DNA from: Halobacteriota archaeon
GTDB lineage: Archaea; Halobacteriota; UBA148
Assembly: GCA_042577985.1 (NCBI GenBank)
Contig: JBHPDI010000002.1
Span: forward strand, 1-51,001
Direction of reading: 5' to 3'
DNA length: 51,001 bases
The position numbers and the translations under genes were made by a program. How positions within the stretch are numbered: the first letter of the stretch is position 1; every line of letters starts with the position of its first letter. The notes under the pieces were generated by a model that was not told the origin of the DNA, did not search any database, and saw only the letters and a list, made by a program, of their open reading frames with translations. Positions 8,843 to 19,094 of this stretch are shown one piece after another.

Positions 8843-9951
8843 CTTGAAAACCTCGCTGTATTAAATCCTCTTTGTTCTAAAGACTCTCTAGTCTCACCCG
8901 TTATGATAAGTTGAGCATTGCTTAAATCCTCTATGATAGGACAACCAATGAGAAACATCGCCACTTTCAGCTCCTCTGTCATCCTTTTCAGTGCATCAAC
9001 TACCTCTTGGCTACCTTTCAGGGCAGGTGTCACTAAGGGCAGTGCAATCCCACAAAGAGATGCTCCAAGAGCAATACACTTTGCCATTTGTATACCATTG
9101 CGTATGCCACCAGTTGCAATGATCGGAATGCCAACAGATGATTCGATGATACTGATGGCGGTAGGAATGCCCCAGTTCCAGAACAATTCGCCTATGTGTT
9201 CTGATATTTTGTCTCCTTTTGCTCTTGCTCGATAGACTTCTACGCCCGCCCAAGATGTCCCACCAAGTCCTCCAACGTCTATCGCAGCAACACCTGCCTC
9301 TTTTAACGCTACTGCAACTGCATGTGATATTCCTGCACCAGTCTCTTTTGCGATCACAGGAACGCTAACTTCAGCGCATATTGACCGGATCGCTTTAATG
9401 CAATTTCTCGCATCCACCTCTCCCTCTGGTTGAATTGCCTCCTGCAAAAAGTTCAGGTGAATCGACATGGCGTCCGCGTCGACCATTTCTATCGCGCGTT
9501 CGATCTCGTTTATGCTATATTCCCTCAGCTGGGCAGCACCTATATTTGCGTAGATGAATGCATTTGGCGCAACATCTCTTACAATGCGAAATGAATCTTC
9601 AAACTTTGAATCCTCCAACGCGGCCCTCTGGCTACCTACTCCGATACCGATGCCAAGCTCCTCTGCTGCTCTTGCTAGTGCTTCATTCACCTTCTTTGTA
9701 TCGGGATGCCCACCTGTCATGGATGATATCATAACAGGCGCGTTAAAATGCTTTCCCAGAAATGTTGTACCTAGGTCAATTTCTTTCATATGAATCTCCG
9801 GCAACGCATTATTAATTAACCTAATATCCTTAAATCCGTTAGAGATGGATTCAACATCCTTGTCTGCACAAAGCTGAAGGTGTTCTATCTTTCTATTAGA
9901 TATGTCCAGATCAATCACCTCGAACAATCGTACCGAAACTTCTTTCACCAC
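8839..9951 (-). CDS. fni: isopentenyl-diphosphate delta-isomerase, type 2 (FMN-dependent)
   Basis: 370-aa TIM-barrel flavoenzyme pattern: RKIEHL, MTGG, ETGAG, GGLGGTSWA and ATGGIRNG. Confidence 0.9.
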   Translation of the reverse strand: MVKEVSVRLFEVIDLDISNRKIEHLQLCADKDVESISNGFKDIRLINNALPEIHMKEIDLGTTFLGKHFNAPVMISSMTGGHPDTKKVNEALARAAEELGIGIGVGSQRAALEDSKFEDSFRIVRDVAPNAFIYANIGAAQLREYSINEIERAIEMVDADAMSIHLNFLQEAIQPEGEVDARNCIKAIRSICAEVSVPVIAKETGAGISHAVAVALKEAGVAAIDVGGLGGTSWAGVEVYRARAKGDKISEHIGELFWNWGIPTAISIIESSVGIPIIATGGIRNGIQMAKCIALGASLCGIALPLVTPALKGSQEVVDALKRMTEELKVAMFLIGCPIIEDLSNAQLIITGETRESLEQRGFNTARFSR

Positions 9952-10675
9952 TTAAGAAATTCATTATAAGTCCCTTTCTTGATGCATTAAATATGTGAGA
10001 CGGTATGCCATCTTCTGCAAGTTTGATCAACTCATTTGCCTTGGACAACATCCCTCCAGTTACATCAATGTCCTTTGATCCTTTTAACAATTTTTTCATA
10101 TCATAAAACGTTTTTGGAGTGATGACATCAATGACTCCTTCTTCACTCATTATCCCATCCACATCCGTTCCAATACCAACTCTCTCCGCATTTAAGCACC
10201 TTGCAATATGTGTGACTATCTGGTCGCCGGATAGTATTGCTCTCCCCCAAACTTTGTCCATTACTACGTCGCCATGAACTACCGGTACTATCTCATTTTT
10301 TAGCATCAATCTAATTTGATCTGTCATCATTTTCTCTACCCTTCCTTCGATAGAGATTGTACAACTTAGTGGGTGAACAGGCATAACCGGAAATCCACTC
10401 TCGACCAATTTTTCGATGAATATTCTATTAAGTTCTTTTACTATCTCATGGGTTATTACGGTATAATAACTACACTTTCCAGGTCCATCTAATTCAAATC
10501 TCTTGGCTTGTGGATGCCCGAAAGAGCCTGCACCATGGACTATGACCAAATCTTTTACACCTGCAAAGGCAATCTCTTTTGCAATCCGTTCGATCTCTTT
10601 TAATTTAAGGGTTCTTTCTTTGCCCTTATCCGTCAGGACACTTCCACCGATCTTTATAACCGTGACCTCACCCAT
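9911..10675 (-). CDS. ipk: isopentenyl phosphate kinase (amino-acid-kinase fold)
   Basis: IKIGGSVLTDK...VHGAGSFGH motifs in 254 aa, located between mvk and fni. Confidence 0.88.
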   Translation of the reverse strand: MGEVTVIKIGGSVLTDKGKERTLKLKEIERIAKEIAFAGVKDLVIVHGAGSFGHPQAKRFELDGPGKCSYYTVITHEIVKELNRIFIEKLVESGFPVMPVHPLSCTISIEGRVEKMMTDQIRLMLKNEIVPVVHGDVVMDKVWGRAILSGDQIVTHIARCLNAERVGIGTDVDGIMSEEGVIDVITPKTFYDMKKLLKGSKDIDVTGGMLSKANELIKLAEDGIPSHIFNASRKGLIMNFLSGERSFGTIVRGD

Positions 10676-11540
10676 CGTGTGTTACCCCTGTTTCTGTCAC
10701 TTTTGTATAGATAGCACGCCCACCAACACTTTCTACGGCAGATGCAACTTCTTCCATTCTATCAAAATCGACAAGTGCTACCATACATCCTCCACCGCCA
10801 GCACCTGTTATCTTTGCTCCGAATGCACCTGCTTTTCTTGCAGCATATATCTGTGTAGCTAACTCGGTGCGTCCAACACCTAAGGATTCAAGCAAACCTT
10901 GATTTATATTCATCAACTCGCCAATGTTCTTATAATCTTTTTTCTCTACTAAATACTCGCCCTTTTTTGCCAATTCTCCAATTATATGAAATATCGGCTG
11001 GATTATATCTGAATGCCTATCTTTGAGTTTAGCTACCTGACCTACAATCTCTTTGGTTGATGAGGATAGTCCGGTGTTTCCAATTACTAGTCCACAATTT
11101 AAGCTATTCAATCTCTTGCAGGATGGCAAAAAAATGACACCGCCCATCGTAGAAACGAACGTGTCAGTCAAGCTTGCAGCACCTTGCACTTCTCTTTCAA
11201 CCTCGTGCCCCAGTTGAGCTACATCTTCTTTGCTCAAGCCGACATCAAATTCTATATTTAATGCAAACAAAGTTGCAATTGTAACCGCAGCAGAGGATCC
11301 CAGCCCAGATCCAGTTGGAATATCAGAATGGATATCTATATTTACTCCCTCAAACTCCGCTACCTCAGAAATCTTTTTGACAGCTCCAGCGACATATGGA
11401 CTAGCAATCTTTGACTTTTTTCCCTCTCGGACTCTAACGCTTGTTCGCAGTTCTATGGCACACGCGATAGCAGGCTCTCCATAGACGACAGCATGTTCGC
11501 CAAATAAGAATATTTTTCCGGGCGCTGAACAAATAACCAT
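10668..11540 (-). CDS. mvk: mevalonate kinase (GHMP kinase)
   Basis: SAPGKIFLFGEHAVVYG, PTGSGLGSSAA and KITGAGGGGC motifs. Confidence 0.92.
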   Translation of the reverse strand: MVICSAPGKIFLFGEHAVVYGEPAIACAIELRTSVRVREGKKSKIASPYVAGAVKKISEVAEFEGVNIDIHSDIPTGSGLGSSAAVTIATLFALNIEFDVGLSKEDVAQLGHEVEREVQGAASLTDTFVSTMGGVIFLPSCKRLNSLNCGLVIGNTGLSSSTKEIVGQVAKLKDRHSDIIQPIFHIIGELAKKGEYLVEKKDYKNIGELMNINQGLLESLGVGRTELATQIYAARKAGAFGAKITGAGGGGCMVALVDFDRMEEVASAVESVGGRAIYTKVTETGVTHDG

Positions 11541-11547
11541 GTATCCC

Positions 11548-12372
11548 TCATAACTCTTTCAACAGATTTTTTAGCTCGTCTCTGCTAAGTTTAACGAACT
11601 TATCAGGATCGCTTGGGATCCATCCTTCGATTATTAAAAATCCCTTGTAATCATTTTCGATAAGCTTGGAGAGTACTGACCTATAATCAATGTTACCAAC
11701 TCCTATTGGCAAGTGGTCATTAGACCCTTTGTTATCGCTAACATGAACGTGTTTTATGAGTGGTCCAAGCTCGTCGATAAAATCAATGGGAGGAATTCCA
11801 GTTGTATTGGCATGTGCAACGTCAAACGACAATCTCAAATTTTTTGAACCCACATCTTCGATTATCTTTATCAATTCTGTTGAGTGTACTGCCAATGCCT
11901 TAGGATTGCTGGAAAGGTTCTCGAGTCCCAGGACCATATCCTCTCCGCTCGCATAATCTGAGATATCTATAAGTGCACGTATCAGGATCTCATATACTTT
12001 ATCTCTAGGATGTTTCTTTGATGAAACAAATCCCGGATGCACCACAAGAACTTCTGCGTTCAGATAAGAAGCAACATCGACTGCTTCTCTTAATTGTCTA
12101 ATCGCCTCAGACCTTATTCCAGAATTGAAGCTGGAGATGTTAATATCATGATAGGGTGCATGCACCGAAACGCTCAGATCGCAAGAATCCAAGCTCTCCT
12201 TTATTAACTCTTTCTCCTTTTCGGCTCCTTCTGTCCCCCAATTTGTGTAAAAAGGAGGCTCACATACGACCTCTACACAGGAGAATTCCATATCTCGCAT
12301 GTGTTCTACGGCTGCTGGTAGATTGTGGTTCTTATAGTTCCAATAGACTGATACGGATGCACCAATTTGCAT
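11548..12372 (-). CDS. xylose-isomerase-like TIM-barrel protein (sugar phosphate isomerase/epimerase family)
   Basis: 274 aa with VHAPY, VVHPG, LGLEN and HVHVSDN motifs typical of the AP-endonuclease-2/xylose-isomerase-like barrel family. Only 7 nt upstream of mvk. Confidence 0.7.
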   Translation of the reverse strand: MQIGASVSVYWNYKNHNLPAAVEHMRDMEFSCVEVVCEPPFYTNWGTEGAEKEKELIKESLDSCDLSVSVHAPYHDINISSFNSGIRSEAIRQLREAVDVASYLNAEVLVVHPGFVSSKKHPRDKVYEILIRALIDISDYASGEDMVLGLENLSSNPKALAVHSTELIKIIEDVGSKNLRLSFDVAHANTTGIPPIDFIDELGPLIKHVHVSDNKGSNDHLPIGVGNIDYRSVLSKLIENDYKGFLIIEGWIPSDPDKFVKLSRDELKNLLKEL

Positions 12373-12744
12373 AGTTCAACTATAAGTTGGAATTACTTGA
12401 TAAAAGTATGCGTGACATACGAAAGAAAAAAATCATGATTCTGGTGTCGTTTATTATGAGAGATGTATCAACGAATGTGATCGTAACTCCTGTAGGTGTC
12501 TATGTAAAATGAAGATATTAATTTTCATAAAAGAATCTGCCGTATTATTGCAATTTATAAATTTATTTGTGAGTAATTTCAAACATGCAACGTCTAAGGA
12601 ATGAATAATCTGTTAATTGCAGAGGGATTTGAGCTTTTCGTTTATATGTCGGCGAATGACACATGTCTTTTTACTGAGAAAAAAAATATGTGTTTCAACT
12701 TCCAATCATTATCTATATAAACGATCATGGGTTACCTTCAATGA

Positions 12745-13686
12745 ATGATTCAAATCTTACTTTATTCCTCTCTCTTCATTATCGGGATAATTCTCCTATG
12801 GAAGAGTGCAGATATTTTGGTAGACGGTGCATCAAAAATGGCTGCCAAATTAGGAATATCTTCTTTAATCATATCATTAACAATCGTAGCATATGGGACA
12901 TCTGCACCAGAATCTTTTGTATCTTTTTTGGCTGCTTTGGAAGGCTACGACAGTATAACTATAGGTAATGTGCTAGGATCTTGTACCGCAAATTTGCTTC
13001 TTGTTTTAGGTATAAGTGCATTGGTTAGACCCCTAAAGGTTAAGAAAAGCTTCATAAAAAGAGAGATGCCGATCATGTTGGGGGCAATATTACTATTTAT
13101 GGTAGTTTCAATTGGGGGTATACTCAATTGGATTGGTGGCATAATTCTTTTAGTTGTATTTGTTTTATATATCGCTTTTTTCTTAGGATTGGCTAAAAGG
13201 GAGATAAATGATAATAATAAAGAAAATAAGAAGCAACCAAACAACCTCTCCAAAAATATTTTGTTCATAATAGTTGGTATAATGGGAGTGATAGTGGGTG
13301 CAGAATTTCTGATTATATCTTCTATTTTTATTGCGAACGCTCTAGCAATCCCAAAGGTTATAATAGCATTATCAATGGTGGCAATTGGCACTTCTTTGCC
13401 AGAATTGGCCGTCTCTTCTGTTGCATCTTATAAAAACGAAGCCGATATCGCCATAGGCAATTTAATTGGGTCAAACATATTCAATATAACACTTATATTG
13501 GGCATCTGTTCATTGATCTTGCCAATTCACGTAGAAATGATCTCTCTGGTAACAACTATATTTTTGTTATGCGTGAGTGTGGTTGTTATTCTCATTTTAT
13601 ATGCAGGATACTCTGTTTCTAGAAAAGAGGGTGCCATTTTATTGGCAGGATATTTTGCATATATGTTTTACATCTTTTCTATATAG
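12745..13686 (+). CDS. Na+/Ca2+ exchanger, CaCA family (YrbG/NCX_Mj-like)
   Basis: 10-TM-like hydrophobic profile with two alpha-repeat signatures, GTSAPE and GTSLPE. Confidence 0.88.
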   Translation: MIQILLYSSLFIIGIILLWKSADILVDGASKMAAKLGISSLIISLTIVAYGTSAPESFVSFLAALEGYDSITIGNVLGSCTANLLLVLGISALVRPLKVKKSFIKREMPIMLGAILLFMVVSIGGILNWIGGIILLVVFVLYIAFFLGLAKREINDNNKENKKQPNNLSKNILFIIVGIMGVIVGAEFLIISSIFIANALAIPKVIIALSMVAIGTSLPELAVSSVASYKNEADIAIGNLIGSNIFNITLILGICSLILPIHVEMISLVTTIFLLCVSVVVILILYAGYSVSRKEGAILLAGYFAYMFYIFSI

Positions 13687-13820
13687 GTAAGATAAGATAA
13701 GAAAGTAGTACAAGAAATCTAGAATTGATCCAGATTATTAAAAATAATATAAACGCTGAGAGTAAACTTAATATCCTGGCAGTTAAATCTAGATATGAAA
13801 TATGAAAGGGTTAAAAAGAA

Positions 13821-14798
13821 ATGGTTGATTTCTGGCTTGCTATTGGAATAATTTGTCTGGTTTTTCTACTGATAATATCTGCCTTTTTCTCAGCTGCAGA
13901 AATGGCTCTTATAACCGTAAGCAAGATAGGAATAAGGGCTGGTGCAAAAAAAGGCGATAAGCGTGCGATAATTATAGATAAGCTCCTAAAAGAGCCCAAC
14001 AAGCTCGTTACAGGAATCGTTGTAGGGAACAACTTTGTGAATGTGCTCGCTTCAATAATTGCAGGTACGATCACACTAAGAATTTTTGGCAATCTGGGAA
14101 TTGCAATCGCTACTCTGGCCATGACTTTCCTTATACTTCTATTTAGCGAAATCGTTCCCAAATCATTTGCGATGAGAAACGAGAAATTGGCACTAAGATT
14201 TGCTTTGCCAGTAAAAGTTGTCATAAAATTTCTCTCACCCATAGCTTCAGGATTTATATTTTTGTCAAACAGCATCATTAAGGCTTTTGGCAAAGAGCTG
14301 CCTTCACAGAAGCTCACCCTCACAGAGGGAGAGCTGAGAACTATTTTGGAAGTTGCAGAAGATATCGGCTCCATAAAAAAGAGCGAGCGTGAAATGATCC
14401 ACGAGGTTTTTGAGCTTGACCAGATACCTTTGATGCAGGTAATGGTGCCTAAAGATAAAATTGTCTCCATTGAAGAGCTTGAAAGCATAGAAAATTTTTT
14501 AGAGCTTGCAGGCAACTCCGAAATTTCTAAAATGCCTGTTTATCGCACAAAAACAAACAATATAGTAGGGGTTGCCAATATAAAAGACGCTTTGAAATAT
14601 AAGGACAGGTCTGCAAAGATAAAAAAGATTATGAAGCCTGTTTTCAGGCTTGGGGCTTATGATCGAGCTGATGTAGCACTTAAAAAAATGCAAAAAGATC
14701 GAGAACATCTGGCAATTGTGGTGGATGAAAAAGACAAATTGATAGGCTTGCTAACCATAGAAGATTTAGTTGAAGAAATTGTGGGTGAGATCGATTGA
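13821..14798 (+). CDS. CNNM/DUF21 membrane domain plus CBS-pair protein (CorC/TlyC-like, lacking the C-terminal CorC_HlyC domain)
   Basis: N-terminal 4-TM DUF21-like region with SAAEMAL. A tandem CBS region (MVPKDKIVSI...HLAIVVDE...GLLTIEDLVEEIVGEI) follows and ends right after the CBS pair. Confidence 0.8.
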   Translation: MVDFWLAIGIICLVFLLIISAFFSAAEMALITVSKIGIRAGAKKGDKRAIIIDKLLKEPNKLVTGIVVGNNFVNVLASIIAGTITLRIFGNLGIAIATLAMTFLILLFSEIVPKSFAMRNEKLALRFALPVKVVIKFLSPIASGFIFLSNSIIKAFGKELPSQKLTLTEGELRTILEVAEDIGSIKKSEREMIHEVFELDQIPLMQVMVPKDKIVSIEELESIENFLELAGNSEISKMPVYRTKTNNIVGVANIKDALKYKDRSAKIKKIMKPVFRLGAYDRADVALKKMQKDREHLAIVVDEKDKLIGLLTIEDLVEEIVGEID

Positions 14799-14836
14799 AT
14801 TTTTAAAATTTTTCAATAAAATTTATCTTTTTTACA
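14799..14836 (+). terminator. oligo-T termination tract downstream of the CNNM gene
   Basis: Several T5-T6 runs (ATTTTTAAAATTTTTCAATAAAATTTATCTTTTTT) lie immediately after the TGA at 14796-14798. Archaeal RNAP terminates at oligo-T. Confidence 0.4.
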
Positions 14837-15080
14837 ATTTCCCTCAACTTCCTGCAGAAATATCATGGAATAAACTATCAATACATCTCTTTTAGTCAAT
14901 AAAAACATAAAAAATAGCCCTTTTTGTACACATATTAATTAAAAAAGTATATCAGATGTAAAAGCAATGTATAGGCAGGAATTTAATAAAATTAAATAAG
15001 TAAATTCAACAAAATTAAACAATTAAATTTAACAAATTAAAAAACTTAAAAAAAAACTTTTATCAATACTTTTCATTTAT

Positions 15081-15248
15081 CTATTTTTTTGCTTTATTTT
15101 TCAACCCAATAATCATCCATGCAACGCCTACACCCATCAGTCCAGCACCAACACCGGGATTAACCGCTGCCAGAAAAACTACTCCGGATCCCATGAAGCA
15201 AACTCCAATCGGTATGAATGCATCATAATTGATTTTTTGCTTTTGCAT
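15081..15248 (-). CDS. small membrane protein (55 aa), not in the ORF track
   Basis: Hand translation gives MQKQKINYDAFIPIGVCFMGSGVVFLAAVNPGVGAGLMGVGVAWMIIGLKNKAKK, with two Gly-rich hydrophobic helices. It resembles the C-terminal half of the upstream small ORF. Confidence 0.4.
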   Translation of the reverse strand: MQKQKINYDAFIPIGVCFMGSGVVFLAAVNPGVGAGLMGVGVAWMIIGLKNKAKK

Positions 15249-15444
15249 ATCTAAACATCCTCAAACCAATCGCAACAAAAACCAGTCCTCCGATTATGCC
15301 TATCGGGGTGAACTCTCCATCCCCACCTAACAAATAATCAAGAGCATTAGCTAAGATCATAACAAATCCTGCTCCCACCATAATATATCCTCTCATTTCG
15401 CCTTTACTTCGTTTTTTCTTAGTCAACATATCCTTTCTTCCCAT
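15223..15444 (-). CDS. small membrane protein (about 73 aa)
   Basis: Basic N-terminus followed by two hydrophobic helices (YIMVGAGFVMILANAL...PIGIIGGLVFVAIGL). First ATG is at 15444; the track start at 15465 is TTG. Confidence 0.45.
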   Translation of the reverse strand: MGRKDMLTKKKRSKGEMRGYIMVGAGFVMILANALDYLLGGDGEFTPIGIIGGLVFVAIGLRMFRYAKAKNQL

Positions 15445-15486
15445 TTGAAAAATTGTAATCTGCAATTAATTAATTTTAAGAAATAG

Positions 15487-16275
15487 TCAAACCATCACTA
15501 TGCCTGCATATCCGACCACACTCGATCTGTCACCGGTTATATCGCCACTGGTAGCGTATTTTAGCAATTTGCCTTTCTCTGCCCCCAGAGCCTTCGTGGT
15601 CTCCATCGTGACTGCAATGGGTCCGTAGCCACAAACCGACATATGGCGTTCGTGGATCTGAGAATAGAATCCTGAGGTGTCCAACTCAAGAATCGCCTCT
15701 ATCACCAAATTATCGTTCTCCCTTGCCGCTTTATCGGACTCATAATGTGTGAAATCAGAGGATGCCAGTACAATGACATCTTCTCTATCTCTTAACGCAT
15801 TCGCCAGGTTAATACCGACTTCTTTGGTGGTCTCCTCAGCTTGTAAACCCATGCATATGGGAACTATCTTGAAATCCTTGAATCTATGCTGTAAAAAAGG
15901 TAGCTGAACCTCTATTGAGTGCTCGTATTGGTGGGCGGTCTCATCTACGTCTATACTTGAAGAGAGATCATCCACGATTTCTTCGTCTACTTCCACATTA
16001 CCCAACGGCGTACTCCACGTTTCTTTTGATAAAGCGATTGTGGAGCCGATTGCATGGTGATTGGGTCCGATGAGGACATATGTCTCGGCGGAAGGAAGCA
16101 CAGCATAAACGTGAGCAGCCACTTGACCTGAGTAAACATAGCCGGCATGTGGGACCACAGCCCCTTTTACACTCTCCTCCCCGGGAACGGGGGTATCAAA
16201 ATAGCTCTTTAGCTGAGATCTCAGGCCTTCTATGTCACTTCTATAAAATTTCCCTGCAACAACAGGTCTTCTCAT
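15487..16275 (-). CDS. MEMO1-family protein (AmmeMemoRadiSam system protein B)
   Basis: MRRPVVAGKFY...VVPHAGYVYSG...GPNH...EHSIEVQLPFL...SDFTHY motifs in 262 aa. Confidence 0.85.
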   Translation of the reverse strand: MRRPVVAGKFYRSDIEGLRSQLKSYFDTPVPGEESVKGAVVPHAGYVYSGQVAAHVYAVLPSAETYVLIGPNHHAIGSTIALSKETWSTPLGNVEVDEEIVDDLSSSIDVDETAHQYEHSIEVQLPFLQHRFKDFKIVPICMGLQAEETTKEVGINLANALRDREDVIVLASSDFTHYESDKAARENDNLVIEAILELDTSGFYSQIHERHMSVCGYGPIAVTMETTKALGAEKGKLLKYATSGDITGDRSSVVGYAGIVMV

Positions 16276-16282
16276 AGAAACC

Positions 16283-16888
16283 TCATAGTTCTGCTTCGAA
16301 ATCTTCTACAGTATAACTAAATCCTTCCCCCCTTTCCTTAAGGATTTCCCTAGCGAGCAACCAGTAAACTACCGCAAGTGCTTTCCTTCCTTTGTTATTT
16401 GTAGGGATCGCCAAGTCGATGTTGGTAGTCAAATTATTGGTGTCGCACATTCCTATAACGGGAATCCCAATGCTTACTGCCTCTGTAACAGCTTGAGCAT
16501 CTCCACTCGGATCCGTTACGATCAATATGTCAGGTTCCGTATAATTTATATATTGTGGATTTGTCAACGTTCCGGGTATGAATCGCCCTACGATTGCTTT
16601 TGACCCGATCGCTTTTGCGAGTTTTTCTGATGGTCGCTGACCGTATTGTCTTGCAGAAACTATCAAAATCTTCTCCACATCATATTTTGCTAGTAGCTTG
16701 GCTGCAACTCTAATGCGTTCATCTGTTGACTGAACATTCAAGACATACAGCCCATCCGTCCTTACCCGATAGATGAACTTCCTCATGTCTTCAGTTTTCT
16801 GTTGCGTTCCTATGTGCACGCCTGAAGCCAAATACTCATCCATAGGTATGAGTGATTCATATTCAGCATCCATAACGTCTTCATTCAT
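16283..16888 (-). CDS. rps2: 30S ribosomal protein S2
   Basis: [11 protein letters not shown]...FIYRVR.DGLYVLN and the VTDP motif in 201 aa. Confidence 0.93.
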   Translation of the reverse strand: MNEDVMDAEYESLIPMDEYLASGVHIGTQQKTEDMRKFIYRVRTDGLYVLNVQSTDERIRVAAKLLAKYDVEKILIVSARQYGQRPSEKLAKAIGSKAIVGRFIPGTLTNPQYINYTEPDILIVTDPSGDAQAVTEAVSIGIPVIGMCDTNNLTTNIDLAIPTNNKGRKALAVVYWLLAREILKERGEGFSYTVEDFEAEL

Positions 16889-18081
16889 GTTAATTCCGCC
16901 ATATTTTCACCTAATTCTTCTATCCTGATTAATTCATTGAGTTTTGCTATTCTCTCCCCCCCTACTATGCCCGTCTTGATAATGGGGGTACTAAATGCGA
17001 CGGCTATGTGAGCAATCGTCTCATCAGGAGTCTCACCAGATCGATGAGACGTAACACAAACATAACTATTGGACTTTGCCATATTTATTGCGTTATGAGT
17101 ATCTGTCACCGTTCCTATTTGATTTGGTTTGATCAGCACAGAATTTGCAGCACCAATTTCTATGCCTTGATTTATTCTTCTGGTATTCGTGACAAACAAA
17201 TCGTCGCCGCAGATCAAACAGCCCGTATCGGAGGTTAGTTTAGCGAATCCCTCAAAGTCCTGCTCGTGTAATGGGTCTTCTACATAATATAGTTTATATT
17301 GGTCTATTAATTCCTCTATGTATTGAATCTGATCCTCTCTGCTGCGGTGAACATCCGAATATATATAGGATGAACCGTCCCATAATTCTGTCGCAGCTAC
17401 ATCAATAGCAACACGTATTTTAAATCCCACGTGATCCGATACCTTTCCTATCGCTTCAGATATTATACTAAGAGCTTTCTCATTGCTTATATTTGGGGCC
17501 CATGCTCCCTCGTCGCCTTTTCCGCACGGTATCTCTCTTTTATTTAATAAAACCTTAACTTGCTTGTGGATTAGGGCATTGGCGAATACAGCATCGGTCA
17601 TAGATCTTGCACCTATCGGGAGTACTAAAAATTCTTGGATATCCGTCCCTCCTAGTGCATGAGCTCCCCCTCCGATCACATTACCTAGTGGGTAAGGGAG
17701 ATCTTTACCTAAACCAAGATGTCGATACAATGGTCTTCCAAGCGATGATGCCGCTGCTTTTGCAACCGCCATTGAGATAGCAACAGCCACATTGCCACCG
17801 ATATTTGAAAAGTCGTCTGTACCATCTAGCTCATGGAGTAACGCATCTATGTCCTTCTGCCCTGCGGCATCCTGACCTATTAGCCTTGGGAGAATATGCT
17901 TTTTTGTTTTTGATATTGCTTCTGAAATCGGGAGCGTTTTTGCCTCAAAACCCCCTATGCTAGCGCCAGACGGTGCAGCAGCTCGCCCGAAACCGTTTTT
18001 CGTACGTATATCTACCTCGATGGTTTCGTTTCCTCTGCTATCAGATATCCCCCGAACAATAACATCCTCAATTTTCGTCAT
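16885..18081 (-). CDS. eno: enolase
   Basis: [31 protein letters not shown] and SHRSGET motifs. Confidence 0.9.
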   Translation of the reverse strand: MTKIEDVIVRGISDSRGNETIEVDIRTKNGFGRAAAPSGASIGGFEAKTLPISEAISKTKKHILPRLIGQDAAGQKDIDALLHELDGTDDFSNIGGNVAVAISMAVAKAAASSLGRPLYRHLGLGKDLPYPLGNVIGGGAHALGGTDIQEFLVLPIGARSMTDAVFANALIHKQVKVLLNKREIPCGKGDEGAWAPNISNEKALSIISEAIGKVSDHVGFKIRVAIDVAATELWDGSSYIYSDVHRSREDQIQYIEELIDQYKLYYVEDPLHEQDFEGFAKLTSDTGCLICGDDLFVTNTRRINQGIEIGAANSVLIKPNQIGTVTDTHNAINMAKSNSYVCVTSHRSGETPDETIAHIAVAFSTPIIKTGIVGGERIAKLNELIRIEELGENMAELT

Positions 18082-18199
18082 AAATTCCTCTCTAAAGGAG
18101 CTTGAATGACTAAGCGGCTGATATATCCAAAGTTTCGATCTATTAACACTTCAAGGCTCAAAGAGATTGATTATCTCTCGTTATATCTTATCTAAAGGC

Positions 18200-18382
18200 C
18201 TAACACTTTTTTTTTATTATGATAGGTATTACGCCTTTCTCCATTTCGAGTGTCGCAATCTCGATTGGATCGCAGAGTTCTGGACCGTGGGCATCTACCA
18301 GGATTGGAGCCCCCATTGAAATTTGCAACGCGCGAGCGCCAATTATCCTAGCTCTTTCATATTTAGTATATTTTTGATCCAA
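18200..18382 (-). CDS. rpoK: DNA-directed RNA polymerase subunit K (Rpo6)
   Basis: YTKYERARIIGARALQISMGAP motif. TTG start preceded by a GGTGAT RBS, with an in-frame stop immediately upstream. Confidence 0.88.
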   Translation of the reverse strand: MDQKYTKYERARIIGARALQISMGAPILVDAHGPELCDPIEIATLEMEKGVIPIIIKKKC

Positions 18383-18397
18383 TCAATCACCTTTGGA

Positions 18398-18472
18398 TGG
18401 GGTTGCTGAGAGTTGAACTCAGGTCACGGCGACCCGAACGCCGAAGGATAAACCAGACTACCCCACAACCCC
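18398..18472 (-). tRNA. tRNA-Pro (anticodon CGG)
   Basis: Minus strand reads GGGGTTGTGGGGTAGTCTGGTTTATCCTTCGGCGTTCGGGTCGCCGTGACCTGAGTTCAACTCTCAGCAACCCCA. Acceptor is GGGGTTG/CAACCCC. Anticodon stem is CGGCG/CGCCG with loop TTCGGGT. T arm is CTGAG-TTCAACT-CTCAG. Confidence 0.9.
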
Positions 18473-18474
18473 TA

Positions 18475-18684
18475 TCAATACTTCGCCAACACATCTACCA
18501 ACTCCGCATGCGATAATATCATGCGTCGACAACAATATCTCTTAACGTCAAGTTCGTCTAGTATCTCTCCAACACTTATCTCATCTGTTCCCATTTCCTT
18601 TTTTCTCTCCTCAACTCTTTTTTTATAATCCTCCCATACACTTGATATAACCGCCCCACATGTGAAGCATCTAACAGGAATCAT
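18475..18684 (-). CDS. rpoN: DNA-directed RNA polymerase subunit N (Rpo10)
   Basis: MIPVRCFTCG...RYCCRRM zinc motif. The track ORF (to 18762) would overlap rps9, and the ATG at 18684 gives the expected 69 aa. Confidence 0.9.
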   Translation of the reverse strand: MIPVRCFTCGAVISSVWEDYKKRVEERKKEMGTDEISVGEILDELDVKRYCCRRMILSHAELVDVLAKY

Positions 18685-18688
18685 TTCA

Positions 18689-19090
18689 TCACCGATATGA
18701 TTTTTGATACTTTGCTCTTGCACCAGGTCCACCAACTTTTTTGGGCTCTTTTTGCCTGGCATCGCTGATCAACAAGTTTCTGTCATATTCTAAGAATATG
18801 TCTTTGAGCTTTTCATCAGCAGTCCATTTTACCAATCCTTTTGCTATTGCCGTTCTAACGGCATCTGCTTGGCCCATGAAACCTCCGCCTTTTACATTGA
18901 CATTTATATCTACACCTAAAGCAAAATCTCCCGCGAGGAGCAATGGCTCAGATATCTTAAGTCGTGCTAACTCTGGCTCTAAGATTTCCAGGGGTTTTTT
19001 GTTCACCCTGACTTTTCCAACGCCTTTCTTTATTGTGGCTCTCGCTACAGCTGTTTTTCTCTTACCACTTTCATTAAAAATCTTTGTCAT
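18689..19090 (-). CDS. rps9: 30S ribosomal protein S9
   Basis: [15 protein letters not shown]...[12 protein letters not shown]...[13 protein letters not shown] at 19090 sits just after the rpl13 stop. Confidence 0.93.
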   Translation of the reverse strand: MTKIFNESGKRKTAVARATIKKGVGKVRVNKKPLEILEPELARLKISEPLLLAGDFALGVDINVNVKGGGFMGQADAVRTAIAKGLVKWTADEKLKDIFLEYDRNLLISDARQKEPKKVGGPGARAKYQKSYR

Positions 19091-19094
19091 AGGA

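Noticed and set aside
13811-14515. 234-aa minus-strand ORF antisense to the CNNM/CBS gene
   Set aside because: It is fully embedded opposite a gene with clear DUF21/CBS motifs. Its translation is Ser/Ile/Leu-rich low complexity without motifs or an RBS. This is a typical shadow ORF in AT-rich DNA.
14799-15080. Very AT-rich 280-nt region with AAATTAAA-type motifs, considered as a replication origin/DUE
   Set aside because: It lies between convergent gene ends and consists mainly of oligo-T/oligo-A tracts expected for bidirectional archaeal terminators. There are no ORB-like inverted repeats and no orc1/cdc6 nearby.
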